Origin: an uncultured Actinomycetota bacterium
GTDB taxonomy: Bacteria > Actinomycetota > Actinomycetes > JAHEKZ01
Length of the DNA stretch: 64,000 nucleotides
Assembly: GCA_963718235.1 (NCBI GenBank)
Contig: CAVQYR010000001.1
Location: 1,024,001 to 1,088,000 of the forward strand
Direction of reading: 5' to 3'
Below the pieces are notes generated by a model. That model made no database searches. It saw only the letters and a list, made by a program, of their open reading frames with translations, and was not told the origin of the DNA. Positions 44,847-55,185 of the stretch are shown here, piece by piece; the first letter of the stretch is position 1; the number at the start of each line of letters is the position of its first letter. A program made the translations under genes and the position numbers.

Positions 44847-45449
44847 CTAGCCGGGTGGTGAGATCTCGGCTGCCAGGGCCTTCGCGGTCTGCGAGTCCGG
44901 GCCGGGCGGCGGGACGAACACCGCGGCCCGGTAGTAGCGCAGCTCGGCGATCGAGTCCTTGATGTCACCCAGGGCCCGGTGGCCGCCTGTTTTGGCGGGG
45001 GCGGCGAAGTAGGCCCGTGGGAACCAGCGCCGGGCGAGCTCCTTGATGCTCGAGACGTCGACCATGCGGTAGTGCAGGTGGCCGTCGAGCGTGGGCATGT
45101 CGCGCGCGATGAAGTTGCGGTCAGTGGCGATCGAGTTGCCGGCCATCGGCGCCTTGCGGACGTCGGGCACGAACGAGGTGACGTAGTCCATGGCCTGCTG
45201 CTCGGCGTCGGCCAGGGAGATCCCGTCGTCGAGGACGTCGATCAGGCGGGAGGTCGTGTGCATGGTGCGCACGAAGTCGTCCATCTGGGCCAGGGCCCTC
45301 GCCGGGGGGCGGATCACGACGTCGACGCCCTCACCCAGCACGTTGAGCTCGTCGTCGGTGACCAGGACCGCCAGCTCGATCAGGGCGTCGTGCACCAGGT
45401 CGAGACCGGTCATCTCGCAGTCGACCCAGACCAGGTGTCCGTTGCTCAT
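44847..45449 (-). CDS. orn: Oligoribonuclease
   Basis: LVWVDCEMTGLD, AGNSIATDR, HYRMVDVSSIKEL, HRALGDI. Confidence 0.95.
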   Translation of the reverse strand: MSNGHLVWVDCEMTGLDLVHDALIELAVLVTDDELNVLGEGVDVVIRPPARALAQMDDFVRTMHTTSRLIDVLDDGISLADAEQQAMDYVTSFVPDVRKAPMAGNSIATDRNFIARDMPTLDGHLHYRMVDVSSIKELARRWFPRAYFAAPAKTGGHRALGDIKDSIAELRYYRAAVFVPPPGPDSQTAKALAAEISPPG

Positions 45450-45497
45450 GACCTTCAACCCTAGGGGCCGTGGTCAGCGTCGACGAGGATGGGTGCC

Positions 45498-46892
45498 ATG
45501 AGCGAGCCGACCCTGACCTTCCTCGGTGCAGCGGGAACGGTGACCGGGAGCAAGTTCCTGCTGGAGCTCGACGGTGGGGCCACGCCCACCCGGGTGCTGG
45601 TCGACGCCGGCCTGTTCCAGGGGCTGCGCGAGCTGCGCCGGCGCAACTGGGAGCCGTTCCCGGTGCCGCCGTCCAGCCTCGACGCCGTCGTGCTGACCCA
45701 CGCCCACCTCGACCACTGCGGCTACCTGCCGGCCCTGGCCAGGGACGGGTTCACCGGTCCGGTCTGGGCGACCGACGGCACCGCCGACCTGGCCGAGCTG
45801 GTGCTGCGGGACAGCGCCAAGCTGCAGGAGGAGGACGCGGCGTACGCGGCCGGCAAGGGGTTCTCCAAGCACGTACCCCCCAAGCCGCTGTACGACGGCG
45901 CCGACGTCGAGCGGTTGCTGCCGCTGTTCTCCCGCGTGCCCTTCGGCGCCTCCACCGAGGTGGCCGGTGGTGTTCATGCTGTGCTGCAGCCGGCCGGACA
46001 CATCCTGGGGTCGTCGAGCGTTCAGCTTCGGCTCGCTGGCCGAAGCGTGCTCTTCAGCGGCGACCTGGGCCGCCCCTCACACCCGTTGCTCGCTGCACCG
46101 CCACCCCCTCCGGCGTCCGACGTGGTCGTCGTCGAGTCGACCTATGGCAACCGAGGACACGACCCGAACGGTGAGGCAGTCCTGGCCGACGCCGTGCGCC
46201 GCACGGTGCAGCGCGGCGGGACCGTGCTCATCCCCGCGTTCGCTGTCGACAGGACCGAGGTCGTGCTGATGGCGCTGCGTCGCCTCATGACCTCAGGGCA
46301 GATTCCCCACGTACCGGTCTTCGTGGACAGCCCGATGGCGCTGTCCGGACTGGCCATCTACCAGGAGGCGCTGCGCCACCACAGCGTCGAGCTTCGCTCC
46401 GACCTGGGTGACCCGGCGACGGTCTTCGACCCGGGCGACCTGCGCCGCGCGCGCACCCCTGCGGAGTCGATGGAGCTCAATGCGCCACGTACCCCCTGCA
46501 TCGTCGTCTCGGCGTCCGGGATGGCCACCGGGGGGAGGGTGGTGCACCACCTGAAGCACCTGCTGCCCGACCACCGGAGCACGGTGCTGCTGGTCGGCTA
46601 CCAGGCCGTGGGGACCCGCGGGCGCGACCTCGCCGAGGGGGCCACGGAGCTGAAGATGCACGGCCGCTACGTACCGGTCCGGGCTGAGGTCGTGGCTGTG
46701 CCGGGCTTCTCCGTGCACGCAGACGCGGCCGAGCTGCTTGCGTGGCTGCGCAGCATGCCGGGGGTGCCCGAGGTCGCCTACGTGGTGCACGGGGAGCCGG
46801 AGGCCTCGTGGGCGCTGGCCGGGCGGATCCGCGACGAGCTCGGCTGGATGTCGGTGACGCCGCGCGACGGCGAGCGGGTTCGGCTCAGCTGA
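45498..46892 (+). CDS. MBL-fold beta-CASP ribonuclease-like protein
   Basis: FLGAAGTVTGSK, THAHLDH, AGHILG, FSGDLG, ESTYG, FSVHAD, VHGE. Confidence 0.9.
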   Translation: MSEPTLTFLGAAGTVTGSKFLLELDGGATPTRVLVDAGLFQGLRELRRRNWEPFPVPPSSLDAVVLTHAHLDHCGYLPALARDGFTGPVWATDGTADLAELVLRDSAKLQEEDAAYAAGKGFSKHVPPKPLYDGADVERLLPLFSRVPFGASTEVAGGVHAVLQPAGHILGSSSVQLRLAGRSVLFSGDLGRPSHPLLAAPPPPPASDVVVVESTYGNRGHDPNGEAVLADAVRRTVQRGGTVLIPAFAVDRTEVVLMALRRLMTSGQIPHVPVFVDSPMALSGLAIYQEALRHHSVELRSDLGDPATVFDPGDLRRARTPAESMELNAPRTPCIVVSASGMATGGRVVHHLKHLLPDHRSTVLLVGYQAVGTRGRDLAEGATELKMHGRYVPVRAEVVAVPGFSVHADAAELLAWLRSMPGVPEVAYVVHGEPEASWALAGRIRDELGWMSVTPRDGERVRLS

Positions 46893-47853
46893 CGACCACG
46901 TCGTCGATCGGACGGCGCGGGGTGGCTGGTGCCGGCGACGCGAAGCCGATCCGCATGATCATCTGGGCGTAGCCGATCGGTTTGTCGGGGTCGCGGACGA
47001 GCCACCGCAGCGACGGCGCCTCCAGCGGCTGGTTGGCGAAGGTGGAGACCAGTCCTTCGACCGTGGCCACGAGCAGCACCCGCTGAAGGGCTTGCCCGGT
47101 CACCATCCACGCCTCGTGGTCGTCGCGTCGAGTGGTGAGCACCGCGAGGGTGGGGTCGGCCTCGAAGACCGCGAAGCTGCGGCCGGGGATCGTGCGTCCG
47201 AGCGTGAGGTCACGAAACGGCGTGGCGGTGGTGGCGGGCAGCGGGCCGAGCGCTCGCTCGGGCACACCATCGGCCCGGTCGTCGCTGACCCCCGTCCACT
47301 TCGTCGCCTCGTCGATGCGCACCGGGTTGGTCTCGTGGTCCAGGTCGGCCTCGTGGATGAGCTCGACCAGGCGACGTCGGTCCTGCCGGTCGCTGATCAC
47401 GTGCAGGTCGGCGCCCTCCTGGCGGGCCGCCTCGACCAAGGCGTCGACCACCGAGCGAGGCACCGGCCGGTCCTCGTAGGGCTGGCGGTTGGTGTGACGG
47501 CGGTCGATCGCCGAGAACAGCTCCGTCGCCATTCCCGCGTGGTCGTGCTGCCCGGCCAAGGAGACCTGGGCGAGCAGATCCGGGCGAGCCTCGTCGGGGA
47601 GCAAGGTGACCTGCGGTCGGTAGCCGAGGTGCTCGGCGGCCACCCGCAGGTTGAGCAGTGCCGCGCCGCACGACACGATCAGGGCCCGACCGTCGGGGTC
47701 CTGTCCGTGCAGCTGCCGTGATGGGTCGGCCAGCAGGTCGATCCCGCCGTCGTGGACGTCGAACAACCACGGTTGGGTGTTGTGCACCGAGGGTGCGGCG
47801 ACTGCAGCCGCCAGCAGCAGCCGCTGCTCGGTGGAGAGTGGAGCGGTGCTCAT
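46885..47853 (-). CDS. Acg-family FMN-binding nitroreductase-like protein
   Basis: APSVHNTQPW, SCGAALLNL, RRHTNR, GQALQRVLL, TPRRP. Confidence 0.9.
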   Translation of the reverse strand: MSTAPLSTEQRLLLAAAVAAPSVHNTQPWLFDVHDGGIDLLADPSRQLHGQDPDGRALIVSCGAALLNLRVAAEHLGYRPQVTLLPDEARPDLLAQVSLAGQHDHAGMATELFSAIDRRHTNRQPYEDRPVPRSVVDALVEAARQEGADLHVISDRQDRRRLVELIHEADLDHETNPVRIDEATKWTGVSDDRADGVPERALGPLPATTATPFRDLTLGRTIPGRSFAVFEADPTLAVLTTRRDDHEAWMVTGQALQRVLLVATVEGLVSTFANQPLEAPSLRWLVRDPDKPIGYAQMIMRIGFASPAPATPRRPIDDVVVS

Positions 47854-48752
47854 GACCCGGCCGGCCGGACGACGAGCACCGGTGCGTGCGCGTGGTGCAG
47901 GACGGCGTGGCTCACCGAACCGAGCATCAGGCTGGCGAACCCTCCTCGACCGCGGGATCCCACAACCACCAGCTCAGCGCCCCGAGACGCGTCGACGAGC
48001 ACCTTGCTGGTGCGCCCCTGGACCAGTCGCTGCTCGACGTCGACGTCGGGGTACTGCTCCCGAAGACCCGCGATCGTCTCGGAGACGAGCTCCTGCTCCT
48101 CCTGGTCCAGGTCGACCTGGAGGTCGGCGGCCGGTTCGGCAGCCCCTGGGGCGCCGAAGCCGGGCGCGTCCCAGGCGTGCAGCACGGTCACCCCGACGCC
48201 GCGCATCGACGCCTCCAGGAAGGCCACCTTGGCTGCCTGCGACGAGAGCTCGGACCCGTCGACGCCGACGATCACCCGGCCGGCGTCACGACTGGCACCC
48301 TCGCCGAGGGTGTGCGGGCGGACCACCGCGACCGGGCAGGACGCGTGGGTGGCCACCTGCAGGCTGACCGATCCCACCAGGAGCTCGGCGAAGCTGCTCA
48401 GACCACGTGAGCCCACGACCACGGTCGACGCCTGCTTCGAGGCGTCGATCAGTGCGCCGGCCGGAGGTACCGTGCGCAGCTCGGTGCTGACCTCGACGTC
48501 GGGCGCGACCGTGTTGGCGTAGGCCACGGCCTCGTCGACGAGGGTCTGGGCGACGCCCCGTAGGGCGTCCTCGCTCGGACCGGTGATCGCGGGCCCCATG
48601 GCGACGGGTGGGAGCGGGATCGACCAGGCGTGCAGGACGTGGACCGGAAGCCGGTGGTGCGAGGCGCTGACCAGGGCCCAGTCGAGCGCACCGCGCGCGG
48701 CGTCGGATCCGTCGAGGCCGACGACGATCGGCGGACGTGGGCTTGTGCTCAT
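47850..48752 (-). CDS. Tandem-domain universal stress protein
   Basis: IVVGLDGS...VVGSRG...GSVS, repeated twice. Confidence 0.92.
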   Translation of the reverse strand: MSTSPRPPIVVGLDGSDAARGALDWALVSASHHRLPVHVLHAWSIPLPPVAMGPAITGPSEDALRGVAQTLVDEAVAYANTVAPDVEVSTELRTVPPAGALIDASKQASTVVVGSRGLSSFAELLVGSVSLQVATHASCPVAVVRPHTLGEGASRDAGRVIVGVDGSELSSQAAKVAFLEASMRGVGVTVLHAWDAPGFGAPGAAEPAADLQVDLDQEEQELVSETIAGLREQYPDVDVEQRLVQGRTSKVLVDASRGAELVVVGSRGRGGFASLMLGSVSHAVLHHAHAPVLVVRPAGS

Positions 48753-48810
48753 GGGACCTCCTGGCCAGGCGACACCAACCACAGTGACCATCGTGCCTCG
48801 TGCCCAGGCA

Positions 48811-48824
48811 GGGCCGTTGGTCCC
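48811..48824. promoter_or_regulatory. Putative DosR/DevR-type box between divergent usp and adh
   Basis: GGGCCGTTGGTCCC near-palindrome resembling GGGACTWWAGTCCC. Confidence 0.55.
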
Positions 48825-48881
48825 GAGCCGGTTCGGCGCCCGCCCCTGGGCAGGGGGCCCGCCAGGGCGCAGGCTGGGGTC

Positions 48882-49891
48882 GTGCGAGCGTGGGTGGTGG
48901 ACCGACCAGGGCCGGCGGCCACAGCGCCGCTGCGCCTGGTCGAGCGCGCCGAGCCGGCGCCCGGCCCCGGCGAGGTGGTCGTGGCGGTCGACGTGTGCGG
49001 GGTGTGCCGCACCGACCTGCACCTGGCCGAGGGTGACCTGGCGCCCCGGCGTCCGCTGGTGGTGCCGGGGCACGAGGTCGTGGGCCGGGTGGTCGCCCGG
49101 GGCGAGCGGGCCGAGCGCTTCGGCTTGGGCCAGCGGGTCGGCATCGCCTGGCTTCGGCACACCTGCGGTGTGTGCCGCTGGTGCCGCAGCGGCCGCGAGA
49201 ACCTCTGCCGGGAGTCGGAGTACACCGGCTGGGACGCCGACGGCGGGTTCGCCGAGCGGGCCGTCGTCCCGAGAGGCGTTCGCCTACGCGCTGCCGGCAG
49301 TCGTGGAGCGACGAGCGGCTGGCCCCGCTGCTGTGTGCGGGGATCATCGGCTACCGGTCGTTGCGGCGGGCTTCGCTGCCGCCCGGAGGACGGCTCGGCA
49401 TCTACGGCTTCGGGGCCTCCGCCCACCTGGCCGCCCAGGTGGCACTGCACGAAGGTGCCACGGTGCACGTCCTGACCCGGTCACCGGCGGCCCGCGAGCT
49501 CGCGTTGGCGTTGGGCTGTCACTCGGCCGGAGCTGCCGACGATGCGCCGCCGGAGCCCCTGGACGCCGCGGTGCTGTTCGCCCCCGCCGGGGAGCTCGTC
49601 CCGGTGGCCCTCGAGGCGCTCGACCAGGGCGGCACCCTGGCGGTTGCCGGGATCCACCTCAGCGACATCCCGCGCGCTGGACTACCAGAAGCACCTGTTC
49701 CGCGAGCGGCAGCTGCGTTCGGTCACGTCGAACACCCGGGCCGACGGCGAGGAGTTCCTCAGGCTGGCGGTCGCCGATGGACCTCGACGTCCACGTCGAG
49801 CCCGTACGCCTTCGACGACGCGGGCACCGCGTTGGCCGACCTGGCCGCCGACGCGGTCGACGGGGCCGCCGTCCTTCGGGTGAGTGGATGA
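48882..49891 (+). pseudogene. Zinc-dependent alcohol dehydrogenase, several frameshifts (about 49270-49305, 49675, 49780)
   Basis: CGVCRTDLH, GHEVVG, CGVCRWC...[25 protein letters not shown] spread across frames. Confidence 0.78.
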
Positions 49892-52463
49892 CCAGCGCCC
49901 TGCTGGGTCTGTCGTCGGCCGACGTCGAGCAGCGCCAGAGCCGCGACGGTCTCAACCGACTTCCTGAGCCTCGACGGACACCGCGTGTGTGGGTGCTCGC
50001 GCGCCAGATGACGCACTTCTTCGCCGTCATGCTCTGGGTGGCGTCGGTGCTGGCCTGGGTCGCCGGGTTCCCGGCACTCGGCGGTCGCGATCGCGGTCGT
50101 GGTCGTGGTCAACGGCCTCTTCTCGTTCTGGCAGCAGGACCGCGCCGACCGTGCGGCCGAGCGGCTGCGCGACCTGCTCCCGGTCCGCGCGGTCGTGGTC
50201 CGTGACGGCCATCGCGTGGCGGTCGACGCGAGCGAGCTCGTCGTCGACGACGTCGTCGTGCTCACCGGTGGTGACCGGGTCTGCGCCGACCTGTTGGTCA
50301 TCGAGGCAGCGCGTCTGGCGATGGACGAGTCGTTGCTCACCGGGGAGAGCCGAGCGGTGCACCCCGAGCCGGGCGACCCCCTGTGGGCCGGCAGCTACGT
50401 GGTCGAGGGTGAGGCCATCGCGCAGGTGGTGCAGACCGGGGAGCGCACCCAGCTGGCGGGCGTCGCCGCGCTCACCGCCGGCGTGCAGACCCGTCCGGGG
50501 CCGCTGACCCAGCAGCTGTCGCGGGTGGTCCGGGTCATCGCAGTGATCGCGGTGTCGGTGGGGGTCGCCTTCTTCGGGGTCGCCCTCCTGCTCGGCACCT
50601 CACCGGGCGAGGGGTTCCTGTTCGCCGTGGGGGTCACGGTCGCACTCGTGCCGGAGGGTCTGCTGCCCACGGTGACGCTGTCGCTGGCCCGCTCCGCGCA
50701 GCAGATGGCCCGATGAGCAGGCGCTGGTCCGTCGCCTCGACGCGGTGGAGACCTTGGGGTCGACGACCTACATCTGCTCGGACAAGACCGGCACTCTCAC
50801 GCGCAACCAGATGGCCGTCGTCGAGGTGTGGACGCCGTCGGGTGTCGCCGCCGTCGAGGGGGAGGGGTACGAGCCGCAGGGCCGGGTCGAGGCGGCGCCC
50901 GTGGTGCTCGAGGCGGTTCGCTCGCTCGCCCTGAGCGGGGTCGTCTGCTCCACCAGTCGGGTGCACGAGACGGCCAAGGGGTGGGTGCCGAACGGCGACC
51001 CGATGGAGGCTGCGCTTGTACGTTCTCGCGCAGCGCGCCGGTGTCGAGGTCGCCGTCCGGGTCGGCGGTCGGCTTCGGCGGCGTCCGGTTCCCCTTCGAC
51101 CCGCGACGGCGTCGGGAGTCGGCGGCGATCGACGGCGTCCTGCACGTGAAGGGCGCGCCGGACGCCGTCCTGCCCTTGTGCGCTCAGCCGTTCGACGCGT
51201 CCGACGTGGTCGTGTCGATGGCGGGTCGTGGCCTGCGCGTCCTCGCGGTTGCGTCGAGACCGTTGTCGGAGGTGGTCGACGGCCGAGCGGATCCGCAGAG
51301 CCTGGAGCGCGATCTGAGGCTGCTCGGGCTGGTCGGGATCCAGGACCCGCCGCGGGCGGGTGCGGCGGAAGCGGTGCGCGCGTGCCACGACGCCGGGATC
51401 CGGATGGCGATGGTCACCGGTGACCACCCGGGGACAGCTCGCGCGATCGCTGCGCAGGTGGGACTGCTCGGTGACGACGGCGTGGTGGTGAGTGGTGCGG
51501 AGCTGCCTCAGGACCGAAGGCGAGCTGGGCGAGCTGCTCGACCGTGACGGGGTCGTCGTCGCCCGGGTGACGCCCGCGGACAAGCTGCGGATCGCGGCCG
51601 CGCTCCAGGCGCGCGGCCACGTGGTGGCGATGACCGGCGACGGCGTCAACGACGGCCCTGCCCTGCGGCAGGCCGACATCGGCATCGCGATGGGTGCGTC
51701 GGGTACCGACGTGGCTCGGGAGGCGGCCGACCTGGTGCTGCTCGACGACCACTTCGCCACGATCGTGAAGGCCGTGGCGCTCGGGCGGTCGACCTTCTTC
51801 AACATCCGGCGCTTCCTCACCTACCACCTGACCGACAACGTGGCCGAGCTCGTGCCGTTCGTCGCGTGGGCGCTGACCGGCAGTTCGCTGCCACTGGCGA
51901 TCGGCGTCCTGCAGGTGCTGGCGCTGGACATCGGCACCGACCTGCTGCCGGCGCTGGCCCTCGGCGCCGAGCCACCCCACGGCGACCTCGCCCAGCGCTC
52001 ACCGCCTCGCGGACAGCTCATCGACCGCGGCGTGGTAGGACGCGCCTTCGGTCTGCTCGGACCGACCGAGGCCGTCATGTCGATGACAGCCTTCGTCGTC
52101 GTCCTCTCGGTCGGCGGCTGGACGTACGGCGAGACACCGTCGACGGCGCTGCTCGCCACCGCATCCGGAACCACGTTCGCGGCGATCGTGCTCGCGCAGC
52201 TGGCGAACGCGTTCGCCGTCCGCTCGACGGTGCTCCCGGCCTGGCAGCTGGATCCTCGGAGCAACCCCTTGCTCGTCGGTGCCGTCGGGGTCGAGGTGGT
52301 GCTGCTCCTCGCCTTCCTCACGGTGCCGCCACTTCCGCGGCTGCTCGGCGGAACCTGGCCGTCGCCGCTCGGCTGGGTCCTGGCGCTCCTCGCGGTCCCG
52401 GCGGTGGTCGGGGTCGATGCGGTCGCCAAGCAGTTGCGTCGTCGTCGGCGGTCAGTCGGATAA
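49888..52463 (+). pseudogene. Cation-transporting P-type ATPase (type II-like), ~4 frameshifts (about 50080, 50712, 51020, 51510)
   Basis: [44 protein letters not shown] spread across frames. Confidence 0.8.
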
Positions 52464-52599
52464 CCCCGTATGTCGGCGGGATGAACGATGCCCTATGCGT
52501 CGAGGGTGGCTCGGCGGTGCGCCTAGTCTGGAGTCCTTGGGACCCCGGCAGCGCAATCCCCCGGCGCGCCGGGGTTCCGGGCTGACCTGGGTCGTGGCG

Positions 52600-52672
52600 C
52601 GCCCCCGGCAGGACTCGAACCTGCGACCAACTGCTTAGAAGGCAGCTGCTCTATCCGCTGAGCTACGGGGGC
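52600..52672 (-). tRNA. tRNA-Arg(TCT)
   Basis: GCCCCCGTAGCTCAGCGGATAGAGCAGCTGCCTTCTAAGCAGTTGGTCGCAGGTTCGAGTCCTGCCGGGGGCG. Confidence 0.95.
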
Positions 52673-52868
52673 GGGACGTGCGGAATTCCTTGTGGGAAAC
52701 CCGCTGGACCCTGCCGCGATCTGGTCGGATCGGGGCGGATCAAGTCTAGGGGGAGGACTTGAGCGCTGGTTCGGCCGCAGATGGGGTGTCAGGGAGCGAT
52801 TTCGTGGCTTTGAGTGGGCTGGTGGGCGCGGCTGAGCCGGGTGCGGTGACTGGTGGGGAACGCGAGGG

Positions 52869-53135
52869 TCAGGCAGCCACTTGCGGCGGTGACTGTTGTC
52901 GGTCGATCGCTCGCTGCCAGGTGTGGCGTGCCCAGGCGTTCTGGGCGAGTGCCGCCATCAGGACGATGACGGTCTGGTTGTGGAGTCCCCAGGCGGGGAG
53001 TCGGCGGTTGTAGAAGGCGCGCTCGAACTGCGCGTTGAGCGATTCGGTGTCTGCGCGCATGCCGTAGACGCGGCTGTAGTCGGGGTCGGTCGGGGGCAGG
53101 ACGCGCAGGTAGTCGCTGCGGTTGAACTTGTGCGC
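52869..53135 (-). pseudogene. C-terminal remnant of a DDE-like transposase
   Basis: FNRSDYLRVLPPTDPDYSRVYGMRADTESLNAQFE resembles the Y-x2-R-x3-E (YREK-type) helix of IS4/IS5-like DDE transposases; N-terminus absent. Confidence 0.55.
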
Positions 53136-53174
53136 CTCATCGGCAGGCGATCTCCTTCCGCAACGATGCACCTA

Positions 53175-53194
53175 GAGTGCACTATACTGCACTC
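53175..53194 (+). promoter_or_regulatory. Palindromic operator around a leaderless -10 of the XRE gene
   Basis: GAGTGCA-ctatac-TGCACTC containing TATACT, 6 nt before ATG 53195. Confidence 0.65.
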
Positions 53195-53800
53195 ATGGAG
53201 CAGCATGCGGCGGAGCTAGCGCTGGCCATCGGTCTGCAGGTCAAACAGGAGCGACAGTCCCGGCGCTGGACCCTTGATCAGCTGGCGCAGGTCGCCGGGG
53301 TGAGCCGACGTGCACTGGTCAACGTCGAACGGGGGGCGGCGAATCCGAGCGTGGGGACGTTGCTTCGGCTCAGCGACGCGCTCGGTATCGGCTTGCCTGC
53401 CCTGGTCGAGCCACCGGCGGTGCGGTCGGTGAAGGTTACTCGTCGCGGGAAAGGTGCCGAGCTGTGGACGTCGAAGGCTGGTGGTCGCGGTGTCCTGGTG
53501 GCTGGCACGCAGCCGCCAGACGTTGTGAAGCTATGGGACTGGACTCTCGGTCCAGCCGACCGTTACACGAGCGACGGGCATACTCCGGGCACGCAGGAAC
53601 TAGTGCAAGTCCAGCAAGGCACCGTCAACATCGAGACCGGGGACCAGGTGGTGACGCTCAAAGTCGGTGATGCGGTCGCGTTCCCTGGCGATGTTGCGCA
53701 CGCCTACGCCAACCCGCACAACAGGTCGGCTCCCTTCACGTTGAGCGCCTTCGAACCCGGCGTCGGTGTGGGTGTCCGGACGGAGGCATCCGATGCGTGA
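53195..53800 (+). CDS. XRE-family HTH + cupin transcriptional regulator
   Basis: WTLDQLAQVAGVSRRALVNVERGAANPSVGTL; cupin HTPGTQE...FPGDVAHAYAN. Confidence 0.88.
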   Translation: MEQHAAELALAIGLQVKQERQSRRWTLDQLAQVAGVSRRALVNVERGAANPSVGTLLRLSDALGIGLPALVEPPAVRSVKVTRRGKGAELWTSKAGGRGVLVAGTQPPDVVKLWDWTLGPADRYTSDGHTPGTQELVQVQQGTVNIETGDQVVTLKVGDAVAFPGDVAHAYANPHNRSAPFTLSAFEPGVGVGVRTEASDA

Positions 53801-54531
53801 CGTTCACGATCTCGAGCAGTTCCTCGCCGGAGCCGGCGTGGCTCGGGAGGTCTATGACTTTGCGACCCGACTACCGCGTCATGCTTGTTGCCGTCGATGG
53901 ACTTGTCCCAGAGGGGAGTGACGAGGCAAGCGACACACCGTTAGTGGTCGCCGAGGCAGCTGCGCGTGTGGCGCTGGCGGATTGCCCCGTGGAAGAGCTA
54001 CCGCACGTTGCCGCGTGGCGGGACGCGTACCGGGCGTTCGGCGCCAAGCCGCAACGGACGCGGAACAGCCTCGAGGCCCTCATGCGCCGCGTTGAGGATG
54101 GTCTGCCCCGCGTGAACCGACTGACCGATCTCTACAACGCGGTTTCGGTGCTGCACCAGGTCCCACTCGGTGGCGAGGACCTGGCTCGCTACGTCGGACC
54201 ACCGCGGCTGGTCCGCGCCACCGGCCATGAGCCGTTCGACACCGTGACCGATGGTGGCACCGTCACCGAGCACCCCGAGGTAGGGGAGGTCATCTGGTGT
54301 GACGACAACGGCGTCACATGTCGGCGCTGGAACTGGCGCCAGGCACGACGGACAGCGCTGCGCGAGGACACCACGTCAGCGTTGTTCATCCTCGATGCCC
54401 TCGCCCCGCTCACCGACGCTCAGTTGCTTGCGGCCGCCGACGACCTGATCGCGCAACTGGCCCACCTCGGGCCAGAAGTCGCAGCCGCCTGCCGTCTCAT
54501 CACCCTCGACAACCCTGCCGAAGGACGCTGA
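53797..54531 (+). CDS. B3/B4-domain protein (tRNA-editing-like)
   Basis: AWRDAYRAFGAKPQRTRNSLEAL, LPRVNRLTDLYN, CRRWNWRQ. Confidence 0.82.
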   Translation: MTFTISSSSSPEPAWLGRSMTLRPDYRVMLVAVDGLVPEGSDEASDTPLVVAEAAARVALADCPVEELPHVAAWRDAYRAFGAKPQRTRNSLEALMRRVEDGLPRVNRLTDLYNAVSVLHQVPLGGEDLARYVGPPRLVRATGHEPFDTVTDGGTVTEHPEVGEVIWCDDNGVTCRRWNWRQARRTALREDTTSALFILDALAPLTDAQLLAAADDLIAQLAHLGPEVAAACRLITLDNPAEGR

Positions 54532-54533
54532 CA

Positions 54534-55185
54534 TTGCTCATCCACCCGTGGGACTCCGCCCTCGACCAAGGCGAGTGGCAGACGTGGCTTGCGGCCACCG
54601 ACCGGTTCGGCGTGCTCGCGGTCAACAACCTCGACCCGGCACAAGCGCCGGTGCTGGTACCCACTCACTTCACCCTCGACGGTGAGGAAGTGCTGGTTCA
54701 CCTGGCCCGACTCAATCCGGTCTGGCCACACCTTGAGGCCGCCGCAGAGGTGCGCATTGCGGTGATCGGCGACTACGCCTACATCCCGTCGTACTGGCGA
54801 GCCAAGGCCGGCGGTCCGGACGAGCACGGCGTCCTGACCAGCTACTACGCATCCGTGCAGTTGGTCTGTCGCCCGAGCATCATCGACGACCCGCAGGGCA
54901 AGGCCGACTTCCTCACCGCGCAGTTGGCCGACTTCCAGCCCGAAGGCGGCCACGCGGAGATGGCAGCTGACGCACCTCCGTATGGGCGAATGCTGCCGGG
55001 CATCCGCGGCCTACGGCTCGCGGTGGTCCGGGTGGATGCCAAGTTAAGTACGACGACCAGAAGCCGCCCGAACACCGCGAACGCGTCATCGAGCTGCTTG
55101 AGCAGCGAGACCACGCCCTCGACAGTGTCACTGCCGCCCAGCAACGCCGCCGGTTGGCCACGCTCGAGACAGGAGCACCCAATGA
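54534..55185 (+). pseudogene. FMN-binding PaiB-like protein, frameshift near 55045
   Basis: LIHPWD, VPTHF, HLARLNP, YAYIPSYW, TSYYASV; continuation KYDDQKP...AQQRRRL lies in another frame. Confidence 0.7.

Noticed and set aside
42635-44968. 777-aa minus-strand ORF and other long Arg/Pro/Gly-rich shadow ORFs
   Set aside because: They are antisense or off-frame to well-supported genes and tRNA-His, with no recognisable motifs.
48882-52463. Programmed ribosomal frameshifting in adh or the P-type ATPase
   Set aside because: There are several shifts per gene, no slippery heptamers were evident, and these families are not known to be recoded.
19860-52600. Integrase-type islands at the 3' ends of tRNA-Leu, -Lys, -His and -Arg
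   Set aside because: I found no integrase gene and no duplicated tRNA 3' fragment in the window.
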